Source: Hydrolagus colliei (Eukaryota). From it: a DNA stretch of 64,000 bases. Every line of letters starts with the position of its first letter. The stretch's first letter is position 1. Below the pieces are notes generated by a model that was given only the letters and a program-made list of their open reading frames with translations, had not been told where the DNA came from and ran no database searches. The position numbers were made by a program, and so were the translations under genes. Location: assembly GCA_035084275.1 (NCBI GenBank), contig CM068769.1, positions 1,736,001 through 1,800,000 on the forward strand. The letters run 5' to 3'. Positions 26,344 through 37,800 of this stretch are shown one piece after another.

Positions 26344-27834
26344 TCCGGTCTCTGAGTCTCGCGAGTGTCCATCTACTGGAAGGCAATGGGAACAACTGAG
26401 AAAGACAGCGGGGGTAACCCGCTGGTTGTCTTACCCGTGCCTGGAGCTCCAGGCATGTGTAAGACAACCAGCGTTCGGAAGCTCATCCACGAAAGGGTTA
26501 CCGGATCACACTTCAGGAAATTCGCTTTCGTTTTCCTCTTCAAATTCAAAGACCTCAACCTGATCGACGGGCCGCTCAGCCTGGTGGGGTTGGTGGAGGA
26601 CGCACACGCAGAGCTGGTCGGCTGCGCGTGCGCCATCCTCAAGAGGAAGGAAATCATCCTGTTTGCTTTAGGCGGCCTGGATGAGAGTAAGGCCGGAAAG
26701 GATTTGAACGCAGACAAGCTCTGCGATGATCCTGAAAAGTCAGCGCCAGGTTCCGTGCAGGTGAGCAGCCTGGTGGCCCAGTGTCTCCTCAAGGGCTGCT
26801 CCGTGCTGGTGACCAGGCCGACCGACCGCCTCTCTCTCCGTGGACACCAGTCGCATCGACCGCTGCACTGAGTTTCTGGGCTTTCTGCCGGAGCGACGCA
26901 AAAATGTAGTTCAACTGGTTCTTCAGTGACGTGAAGATCAGTGGCGAAGCTTTCCTATCTGGAGAGCAGAACGGAGTCCTGCACAACACGTGCTTCAACC
27001 TTTCCTGTTGCTCGATCCTTTGCACAGTCCTGAAGCCGCACTTTGTGGAAAAACAAAAAAAGCAGCACTCACCCAAAACCGTCACCCAACTTTTCCGAGC
27101 TACGTGCACGACATTCTGACCAAACATGGAAGGGAAGCCCAGTACAAGAGGGATTTGATGGGGGAAACTCGGCAAGTTGGTTTTGCACGACGTTTACAGC
27201 AAAGATTTAGTGTTTTATCCATATGAATTTGATAGTGTTCGCTTGTCACCTTTTCAGTTCCTCTCTGGCTTCCTGATCGAGACGCTGGAGAGTGAGAAAT
27301 CGTCAAAGCGGATTGTCCATACTTTCAACCACTTGACCGTTCAGGAGTTTCTGGCTGCTCTGCCTTGATACATCGCCAGAGGCCCTGGCGAACTGGAAGC
27401 CACACTCCGCAACGCCGAGGAGCGTTAAGATGGGCGTTTCGATATCTTCATCCGCTTCCTCGCCGGCCTCTCAAACCTCACGTACACCCACCAGATACAG
27501 ATTATCCTGGGGGAAATTTGAAACTGTGCCCCGTCCTGGACTGGCTGATACAGAAAACCAGGCGTTTACTGGTGGCCAACTGTAGGGAGGATCTACTCTC
27601 TTGCCTACACTGTCTCTTCGAAGCCCAAAACAAGCCCCTCGTCCAAGCTGCGTTCCGGTCGCTGACTACACTCAAACTCTCAAACCACCACCTGACTCCT
27701 GTGAATACACAGTTTTTGCGTATAATCAGGAATGCAGTGATGTGGACAAGCTAACTCTCATGGTTTGCAACATCCAAGCAGAAGGGATGAAGAGACTGGC
27801 ATTCGCGCTGCACAAGTGTAAGGAGCTTTCTTGA
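26344..27834 (+). pseudogene. NACHT-LRR (NLRC3-like) receptor, NACHT exon, pseudogene
   Basis: Walker A GAPGMCKTT (G to C), FAFVFLFKFKDLN, Walker B ILFALGGLDES, LLKGCSVLVTRPT, TCFNLSCCSILC, PKTVTQLF, FNHLTVQEFLAA, FIRFLAGLS, LHCLFEAQN. These motifs lie in several frames with multiple frameshifts and stops. Confidence 0.9.
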
Positions 27835-28696
27835 GTTATGTTTTTGCTGATTGTTCAATTTGGCTCCTTGGATGGCATTCGCATCTCTGAGTCAGAAGGT
27901 TCTAGCTTTAGATTCCCACATCAAGAGATAGAAACACTCTAGCCGACCGCTGCATTGGCGGAGGTCCCGTATTTTCAGATGAGAAATTATACCGAGATTC
28001 TTTCTACATTATCGGCAGAAAAGTTAATAGATTCCTCTGCGGTATTCAGAGAAAAGATGAGTGCTTTTCTCTCCTTGTGTTCTGCCTGACAATCCCCCAA
28101 TTGGAACTATTTGCTCGCTCAACTTTTATTCCTCATTGCTGCGTGTAGACATGCTCTTTCGTTTCTCTCGCAAAATACACGGTATTCGTTGAATGGAATT
28201 GAACGCCATTCCCCTTGGCCTTCATTCATTGAATGCATTGCCCAGCGCGTTCGCGAATCTTCAACTGTCCAGCACTTCTGAATATCTTCTCAATTGAACG
28301 AATTTGAATGAAACATCAGGTCATGTTTATTATTATAGATCGTATGGTTGCTCATGTTTTGTTTAATCTGGGAGATTCAGGAGCTGAGGTGCTGTCAGAG
28401 GTTGTGAGCAAACAAGATTGTAAATTGCATCAGTTGATGCAAGTGAACTTGAGGGGTGGAGGTGAGAGAGTTTTCACGCGAGATTTGCTGATTCCTTGTA
28501 GCGGAGTGTGGGAATGGAGGAAAATCTCTGAGGCGTAGTCCCTCTCAGTGATTTGCTCGACTAGTATCTGTAGCATCTCTGAATTTAATATGGGATCATC
28601 TGCATTTGCAGCTCACTGTTTCAAATCACGACGTGGGCAGCAATATGTGCGAATGAAATTCATACTCGTTGGCGCTATATCTGATTCTCTCTACAG

Positions 28697-28862
28697 CTTG
28701 GTGGGCAACAATCTCACGAACACAAGTTGTCTCCAGTTGCTACCAGCTCTGTATAAAAAACTATACGGTGACTCACCTTAATTTGAGCGGTAACTCGTTC
28801 ACAGGCAATTCAATCCCAATAGTGAGATACCTCATCGGCTGTAAAAACCTCCAGTCTCTCAG
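28697..28862 (+). pseudogene. LRR exon of the NLR pseudogene (166 nt, frameshifted)
   Basis: ctacag|..|gtaatc; LVGNNLTNTSCLQL [shift] CIKNYTVTHLNLSGNSFTG...CKNLQSLR. A further LRR remnant (LGDSGAEVLSEVVSKQDCKLHQL) lies at ~28370-28440. Confidence 0.8.
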
Positions 28863-31659
28863 GTAATCAGATAACAATTAACACTAACCTTACATTTGAC
28901 CCGCGTCTTTCACTTTAGGAGGAAGTTTCCATTTCCTGTGTTTTGTGTGGCACACATTTCTCTGAAGTTTGCTCACAGCAATTTCTCTGCACACAGCCAT
29001 GATGGGAACGAACGCTTTTAATGTTTGTCCCGGAAAATGAGACTCAGAGACAATTTTTAGTTAAATTTTGTTATCAGCACAATTGAATATCTTTTACATT
29101 ATGATGAAGGGTCATGAACCCGAGCCTTTAACTCTATTTCCTTTCTCCATTGATGCTGTCTGATCGGCTCAATATTCTAAGTGATTGCTTTATTATTTGT
29201 TTCGATGGTCTTTAAAATCTGTCCTAAAAAACGACGCAACCGAGGAGCGTGATGTGATCAAATAATGAATTAGCTGGTTGATGCAGAGAATTAAAGATCT
29301 GCATTCGCACACCCTTTCTCTGCTATCTAACTCACCAACGCAGCCACCACGCACCATCAAGGAAATGTATTTTTGCTTGTGCTCACTTTCGCATAATATA
29401 GCCCACTATTCTAACCCAATTCCCATCTTGTTTCCATATATGTTTCTATCCCTGTTCAACACCTATATAGTGTCCAAAACAACAATTATCTATTCTGACA
29501 TGATTGCCGTGCTCTCTCTAACTACCTCTCTCTACTTCCTCTCTTTCTCCGTCCACTCTTATCCCCTCCAAGTGAATTTCTCTCTTCAGGCTTGTGCTGT
29601 TGCGCGCTGCACCACACCAGAGCTCTCTCTTGTATCCCGTTGTCTTGCATTTCCACTGTGTTCACTGATGCCTTTATATCTCTGGCATGTTGTTCAAGAA
29701 TAAATTCACTGACAATTGGGAGAATGAACAGCTGGATTCTTTAATTTTTGGAAACGTGATCCGAATTTGATAGCATTAGATCGAGCTGCAAGTCAATATT
29801 TTAGGAAGCAGGGCCGCTGAAAGTCATAAACCTGAGGACAAATATTTTAAGTTCGATCATCTCTGCCACGTTCCTCTGGATCGCCATTCCACAGTCCATT
29901 GCTAATTTCAAAGCCGGTCCAAAGACTGTCCTTTTCAATCGTGCCTTCAGCCACCTTCCAAACACTCTACGTCCCCCTTTCCTTACCCTCATCGATGCCC
30001 CCGTCCCGACCGCTGACTGTTCAACACCTTGGGACGTAATGCTGACAGGATAGTCGCTCTATGAATGTAATTTTGCAGTTGTTGTTTTATAGCTTATCTA
30101 ACTGGAAGTAATAAGAATACATCGGGAATCGCTTCTGTCTCTCTCTCTCCCAATGTTGCTACACTCAACCCCGAGTCAACATGTTGTTCAAACGCTTTTT
30201 ATGGGACTCGGAATCAAATTTACAAGTGAACTCCAATACAATTTTGGGAACGGGGGGATTAATGTACATTTTAAGCGGTGCTTCCTTGGTATAAAATACA
30301 AAAATCGCTTCTGTCTGTTCGGGTTAACATTCAATTTCCCTGTCCAGTTCCCCACCATAACCTGCCCCCTCCGCGTACCTTCCCACTTCTACCATTTCTA
30401 TGTTGTCCTGTAGCTCAGTGGTTGGAGCTCTCGCCTTACAAGTGTGAGATCTGTGGTCGAATCCAGGAGGCCAGGGAGAAATCTTGGGCAAGACATCACA
30501 TGACGAAGAAGAATCCCTCAAAAGAACTATAATCAATTGGTCATTTCAATCGACGTACTCCTCTCGCTGTACAAAAGTAGTTTCTTTGTTTGGTGTTGTT
30601 TTAGGTGAATGGATCGAACCAAAATGATGATGCATGAGATAATACATATGTTGTATCGAGAACATCTATAGTAATAACACAGTGAATTTTCAAACTTATT
30701 GTTCAGACTATCGTTTATTCACTCCTTTAAACTCGGATCTGTGGTCGACAAACATGCAACTTCTGCTACAATCTGAATCATTTAAAATCATCAATTCTAG
30801 GAAGCGCTGTAACACGATAGGAACCATTTACAGTGCTTCCATTTGTGACACAACATTTTCACATTTGAAAATCGGAATTCCTGTCACGTGCCTTTCCCTA
30901 AACCAACATTCTGATTGATTCCTCGATGAAATCTCCTCTACCCTCATTTACAGAAGACTTCTCCTCACCGAATACCTCTCTCCTCATTGTCATTTCACTT
31001 CCCACTAACAACAACATATTGCGAAGATATAAAGGCCTTCTCACAATTCCTTCTGTACCCATCCCCAGGGGGTGAGGGTCAACCCCACATTCATATCATC
31101 ACCCACCCCTTCGACTCTCCAGCTCCGCCTCATAGAATCATAGAATCATAGAATTTTACGGCACAAAAGGAGGCCATTCGACCCATCTAGTCTGTGCCGG
31201 CTCTTTGAAAAGAGCGATTCAATCCCACTGCCATGCCCGCTCCCCATAGCCTAATAGACCAGTTCTCCCTAAATAAAGACGTGGATCTTGAACTCGATAC
31301 TCTCGAGGATGGGGAGCCAGTGAAGACGGGCGAGGGTGGGGGTTATATGGTCGCGGAGGCGGGTGCGGGTTAATACACGGGATGCAGAGTTTTAGATGAC
31401 CTGCAGCCTGTGAGTGGAGGAACTGCGGAGGCCGACGAGTGTGGAACTGCTTTGATACACTTCCACATCATCCCATATTTAAGTCTTATTAGGCCTCTGT
31501 GTGGCGTAAGAAAATTTGCCGAAGTTGTCGCGCTGATCTTCCTTGATTCAAACACAAGTCTCATGCCTGTATGTCAAGTGTGCACACAGGAGCTGCATTT
31601 GTGCGTACTGTAACTGTCAATCGTTTGAACTGATTGGCTGAAATTATTCCTTGTATCCA

Positions 31660-33480
31660 ACTACAACAACAACAACAAATTACATTTATAGAGCGCCTTT
31701 CACGTCGGGAGGACGTCCCAAGGTGCTGCACAGGAGGCGCATGACCCGAGGTGGGAGGGGAATGTTTGGGAAGTGGTAAGACACGAAGGGGAGGTTGAAT
31801 AATTCGGGGGGGAACAAAAGGCACGGTCGAAGAGGAAAGTCCTCAAACCGGCATTGAAAGAGGAAAGGGAAGAAACGAGACGGAGGGACTGGGGGATGGT
31901 ATTCCATAGGGTGGGAGATGAAAAACCGAAGGCCCGGCCTCCGATGGTGGGGCGGTTCAGAGGGGGTCTTGGAGCAGGCCAAGTCCTGTTGAACGGAGGG
32001 TCCGGTTGGAATTGTATGGGGAATGTATATTGGTTAGGCCTTGAAGGTTACGACGTGGATCTTGGACTCGATACTCTCGAGGATGGGGAGCCAGTGAAGA
32101 CGGGCGAGGGTGGGGGTTATATGGTCGCGGAGGCGGGTGCGGGATAGTACACGGGATGCATAGTTTTAGATGACCTGCAGTCTGTGAGTGGACGAACTGC
32201 GGAGGCCGACGAGGAGAGAGTTTCCGTAGTCCAGCCTTGAGCTGATGTACTCATGGATGTGTGTTTCGGCAGCGAGGGGGGTGAGGTAGATACGGATCCT
32301 GGCAATATAGCCCAGGTGGAAGTAAGCGTTGCCGGTCAATGCACGGATGTGGGGTAGGAAGGATAATTTTTGGTCGAACGTGATGCCGAGGTTCCTGACT
32401 GGCTTTGTGAGGTGGAGAGTACAGCCTTGAATGTTGAGAATGGCAGCGCCCGATGTGCGGAGGCGCTGGCTTCAGCCGATCAGCAGGGCGTCGGTCTTAC
32501 TCACGTTCAATCGCAGGAAGTGTCCCTCGTCTAGGACTCGATATCGGACAGACATGCTATCAGAACGTCGATGGTCTGGGGGTGGAGGGATGAAGCAGAA
32601 AGGTACAACTGGGTGTCGTCTGCATGCATGTGAAAATTTACCCCATGATTTCGGATGACATCGCCCAGAGGGAGGGTATTAATTGTGAAAAGAGGGGGCC
32701 GAGGACAGAGCCCTGAGGGAAGCCGTGAGAAACTGTGCGGGGGTTTGAGAAAAAACCATTGGAAGATACAAAGTGTAAACGGTGGGTCAGGTAGGAATGG
32801 AACCAATCAAGGACTGTGCCTTGAAGGTTGAGTTTGGAGGAAAGTCCATGGAGGCGGATGGTGTGATCGACTGTGTCGAATGCAGCAGACAGGTCAAGGA
32901 GGACGAGGAGGCAAAGGGAGCCCTGGTCACAGGCGGTTACGATTTCATTTGTAACCTTAACCAGGGCAGTTTGTGTGCTGTGAATAGGGAGGAAACCTGA
33001 TTGCAGGGGTTCACGAAGTGAATGGGTTGAAAGGAAAGTGCGGACCTGGGAGGCAACCACTCTTTCATGGACCTTGGATAAAAACGGGACGATGGAGATG
33101 GGTCGTTAACTTGATGGATGCGACACATCAAGGGAGGGTTTCTTCAGGATAGGGGTGATGGTGGATGTTTAAAGGGAGGTAGGGGCAGTGCCTGAGGAGA
33201 GGCAAATGTTGATGATGTCAGAAATGAACGGGCCCAAAAGGTGGAGCTGGTTGTGGAGGAGGGGGGGTGGGGATGGGTTGCAATGAGCACATGGTCGGTT
33301 TCATGGAGGTGATTAATTTTGTGACTAAAGACGGTGTTAAAATAAATGGGGGGTTGGTGGGTTTGAGATAACGGATGGAGGGGCGGAGGTGGATGAGAGG
33401 TGGGGGAAGGAAACCGCGGAGCGGAATCTCTCTATTTTGGACTCGAGGAAGTCCAACATCTCCTCACAACGTTCGTGTGA
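31660..33480 (-). mobile_element. L2 LINE ORF2 RT and 3' end
   Basis: LQSGFLPIHSTQTALVKVTNEI...LVLLDLSAAFDTVDH...GFPQGSVLGPL and FHMHADDTQLYL; the (ttg)n tail lies at ~31663-31680. Confidence 0.9.
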
Positions 33481-33779
33481 GGAGATGATCTGCGACGCTA
33501 GACTGGGGGGGGTGGGGGTGGGGCGGGGCGTAGGAGCTGGTTGGTGGTGGCGAAGAGGAGGCGGTGGTGTCTTTCGCTTCTAGGATTATCCTGGATTGGA
33601 AGGTTTATCCCGAGGATTATCCTGGAGTATAAGGACGATGTCGAATCAAGATGCCATACATGTGTAACTTTTGTTGATGTTGCTGTTGTTTGCTCAGGTT
33701 TACCTTCCTTTGTCCTTTCTACCCCTCAGCACTGCCCTGTTGTACTCCTGTAATAGCCCACATTTAAGTAAATGCTTCA

Positions 33780-34150
33780 TGGATCAGGCCGCTGGAAATC
33801 TAATCCATGGATTGGTCATCTACAGGGTTCACTTTTGCCATTCAAGATCCTGGTCCTTACATTGAAAGCCCCCCGCAAGCTCGCCCACCCTACATCCGTG
33901 ATCTCCAATCCCCTTATCAAGCTTCCCGCCCCCTCCATTCAGCAGGATCTGGCATGCTCCACATTCTCCACCCATGCCGCGCAACAATTGACGAACGAGC
34001 AAACAAGCATTCTGCCCCTAATCTCTGGAGCTCCATTCCGAAGGCCCTCCACCTCGTACTCTCTCTGGCCTCCTTCAAATTTCGCCTCAAGAATCTCCGC
34101 TTCGATGGTCCCAACAGCAACTGCTATCCCCCACGTCCCTCTCCTTAGCT
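33780..34150 (+). mobile_element. L2 LINE 3' fragment
   Basis: FKILVLTLKA..., ERANKHSAPNLWSSIPKALHLVLSLASFKFRLK. Similar L2 3' fragments occur at ~29790-30060, 49680-49780, 53700-54050, 58690-59360 and 60310-60540. Confidence 0.75.
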
Positions 34151-35164
34151 CGTGTCTGAATCAGTAACTGTCCAGCACCTTAGGTCGTCCTTCTGACGTG
34201 AAATGTGCAATCCAAATGTAATGTTGATGTTGTTGTTGTTCACTGCATCCACTGCTTTTTCGTCGACCTTCCCAACCGCTCTCTCCACGAACTGCAGATA
34301 ATAAAGAACTCTGCAGCTTGTGTATTTATCCGCCCCAGTCTGCATTCACCCAATGTCTTCTCCCTGCACGGCTTCAATGGCTAAAAATACCCCAGAGAAT
34401 ATAGCGTTCAAATTCCCGGTCTTTACTTTTTTGATATAGCGCTTTCCACATCTTATCCACGTCGCTAAGCGCTTAACAGAATACACTGTAACATCAGTTG
34501 ACTGTATGTATTAGGGCGCGACGTGGCAGCCAGTTAGGCACAGAAGCTTCCCACACAAACAGCCATGAATTTAAATGACCAATTTTATTCATGAGGCTTT
34601 TTTGGAGGGATTATTATCAGGCGTGTGTGTGGAGTAAGGAAACTTACCCAAAATTTCACCCTGATCTCCTTGGATTCGAACAAAGGTCACACGCTTGTAA
34701 GATAAGTGCTCTACACATTCAGCTACAGGAGCTTCAACGTGCTTATTTATCAAACGAATATGTTTTTCCTTCAAATAAATCTTACATTTTTCCAGAACTT
34801 ACTCGGCATTACATACATATTTTGAGTTTTCATGTCGTGGCCTACAAAACGAATGATGCTTAGATGCAAATAAATAACTGAGTGTGACTCCAATGTTATA
34901 TTGATCTCTATTAAACTGGAGACAAACTGTCCAGAATGTTGTACAGTACAATTAAGAGAACAAGGCAAGTCTCTACATGTGCAGAGTAGCCTTTCATATG
35001 TCAGTAAACCCATGTTATTAACAATCAGCCACGATTCTCCCTGAAGCTACAGGAATTGAAGATGTTCACAGTGACTGACGTAACCATGGAGCTGCCAGAG
35101 CTGACAGAGGACATGCACTGTGTGACTGGGCTACATCTGCTGTCCGTATCTGTTGTTATATTTC

Positions 35165-35600
35165 AAGGTTCAGTGTGTGTGTTCGTGTCTCTCTCTCTCT
35201 CTCTCTCACTCTCTCTCTATATATATATATATATAGCACTCTCTCACTGCTTGGGCAGCAAAGCACGTGTGTGACGCGTGTTTGTGTGTGACATGCTATA
35301 TGCGAATGTGAAAGAGAGTGTATATCTGTAAGATAGTGCGTGTGATTGTGTGTGTTTTCGTGCCTGAGCTTCATTGTGTATGTTCAAATGTGTCAATCTA
35401 TATTGATACATATGTGCTACTATGTATGTTTGTCTATGTGCGTATCTGAAAGCGTATGTGTGCCAGTGTGTGTACGAGTGTTTGTGAGAGTGTGTGGGCA
35501 AGTTTGTGTCAGTGCGTTTGTCTGTCTGAGGGACAATGCGTGTGCGTATATGACATTACGTGTGCAAGTATGTGTTTGTGTGTGGCAGTGCATATAATAA
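35165..35600. repeat. (CT)n/(AT)n/(GT)n compound microsatellite
   Basis: Directly visible dinucleotide runs. Confidence 0.9.
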
Positions 35601-36247
35601 CATAGCATACGAGTTTAGAGCTTGAAGATGCCATTCAGCGTCTTGATCCTGAACCACCATATAGAAAGATACATTTGTAGAGAAAATTAAATTGATTGTA
35701 CGTTAATATTGATAATACGTGCGCTTTTTCAAATCGTATCGACGTCTCAAATCGCTTCGCAAAATATTCTGTAATGTGAATTGACTGTATATTTGTGGGC
35801 GAAACGCGGGAGGGAATTGCGCACAACAGCGTCCCTAAAACTGTCGTCGATTGAAATGAGCAATTTTTATTGTTGTGGTGTGTTTGGAGGTATCGTAGCA
35901 AGCGTGTGTGTGGAGTAAGGACACTTGCCCAATGTTTCGCATTATGTGAGAAACACGACAGCCAATTGCAAACATTAGTGTCGAAAAGCAGTAGTAGATT
36001 GAGAAACCAATTTTTTTTATACACGAATATTAATCCTTGAATAATCAATCCAACTATCAAATAACAATCGTTTTCCTTCTTAATGATAGATAGTACTGCT
36101 TGTAAGATGGGCATTTGCCCAAATTATTGCCCTGCTGGTTACGAAACCAGGGTGTTCTCATTTGCGAGGCGAACACTCTCAGCATAAAGCTGCAGTTGAC
36201 TTAAATTGAATGTTGTTTGGGGTATGATTGTGTGTCAATCTTGATTA

Positions 36248-36286
36248 GGTTTTTGTACACGCAAGCCTTTGACTTGCAGCATTGTG
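36248..36286 (-). other. 23-bp-spacer recombination signal sequence of the V at 36287
   Basis: CACAATG - 23 nt - ACAAAAACC (consensus nonamer). Confidence 0.9.
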
Positions 36287-37100
36287 CTACTTGTTCTTAA
36301 ACCACAATTATAGGTGGCAGCGTCAGTAAAAATGAGACTGGTTATGCTTAATGTGGATTGTTTCTGACTCTTGTCAAGATGTGTAAAGTAACGGCTTTTG
36401 GCAAAACCTGCAGTGTTGCCTACTCCATCAGTATTCCTGTAGAGAATGTATTGGGGAGGGAGTCTTGGGTAATGTCTGTACCAGTACAGAGCGGCATAGG
36501 AAGAGCTGGTGGTATACGAGCAGCTCAGACTCGCCGTGTCTCCCTCTTGTTTGCTCAGCCTGTGTATCTGCTCTTACTGAAACTTCCAGTATCACATCTG
36601 CAAACAGGTAAAACGATCAACATCAAACTTAGTGCAATTATTGTCCTGATAGTTCACTAGGCTCAGACATATGAATGTTACGGGATAGGATAAACCATTG
36701 GGTTAGTTAACTTGGTCAGCACATACACACGAGTTAATTCAGGAATAAGTAGGAACCAATCGTTCGTTTCTTCCAAAATAAACACGATAGTAAAATTGGT
36801 TAGTTCAATCCACGAGTATGTGAGGGGACGCTGCTGTGTGCAATTGGCTGCGCGTTTCGCCCACAAATGTACAGATAATTCGCTTGACTGTATATTCTGT
36901 GAAGCGCTTTAAGAAGTCGATAAGACGTGAAAATCGCTATATAAAATGCAAGGATTATTATTATTATTGAATCCAGAAGTTTCAATCATCTTCAGAAGAA
37001 ACGGACTCTTTATGCAATTCCATATGTATTTTATGGTACACAGCCTCACGTGATAAGAGTTCACGTTCAATAAGAGAAGTGAAATGATGAAAATTCCCAT
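36287..37100 (-). pseudogene. TCR alpha/delta-type V segment (leader 37050-37100, V exon 36287-36597), pseudogene
   Basis: Leader MGIFIISLLLLNVNSYH|gtgagg. V exon after ttgcag: ...QEGDTASLSCSYTTSSSYAALYWYRHYPRLPPQYIL...STLSITSLIFTDAATYNCGLR. The leader and 5' end of the exon are out of frame with the V body. Confidence 0.85.
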
Positions 37101-37269
37101 TATTGCTCCTCACCAGACTAGCGTTGTACCTGAGTTTATTATACAAAATTTGTGTCGGTGATGAGGTGTTTCAGCATCATTTCCGTGACAAAACAGCATT
37201 GCATCATGACACAAGCCCTCCCTGTGACATTTTAGTCAGGATGGTGTTGCTCTGATCATGTTCTTTACT

Positions 37270-37800
37270 TCAACACCAGTGTGTGTGTGTGCGTTTGTAT
37301 GTGTGTAAGTAAGCGAATGAGTGAGTGAATGAGTTTGTGATTGAGTGTGTGAGTGAGTGAGTGAATGAGTGAGTGAGTGAGTGAGTAAGTGAGTCAGTGT
37401 GTGAGTGAGCGAGTGAGTGAGTGCATGCGTGAGTGAGCGAGTGAGTGAGTGCGTGAGTGCGTGCGTGAGTACGTGAGTGTGTGAGTGAGTGAGTGAGTGA
37501 GTGATTGAGTGAGCGAGTGCACGAGTGCGCAAGTGAGCGATTGCGTGAATGAGCGAGTGAGCGATTGCACGAGTGCGCGAGTGAGCGAGTGCGCAAGTGT
37601 GCATGTGCGCGAGTGAGCGAGTGAGAGTGTGAGCGTGTGACCGTGTGGGCGAGTGAGCGAGTAGGCGCGTGAGCGAGGGAGCGAGGGAGCGAGGAATCGA
37701 TCGATTTAGGGAGGCAGGGAGGGAGGGAGGTAGGGAGTAAACATTGATGGCAGTCAGGGAAGGAGTGGTTGAGCCGGGCAGGGAGCGTGTGAGAGAGGGA
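37270..37800. repeat. (GAGT)n/(GCGA)n/(GT)n microsatellite array
   Basis: Directly visible tandem tetranucleotides. Confidence 0.9.

Noticed and set aside
35067-35122. CACAGTG and CACTGTG pair resembling RSSs
   Set aside because: No nonamer at 12 or 23 nt and no recognisable V, D or J coding flank.
37270-37800. Regular repeat array
   Set aside because: Microsatellite with no unique spacers. It is not a CRISPR array, and none is expected in this genome.
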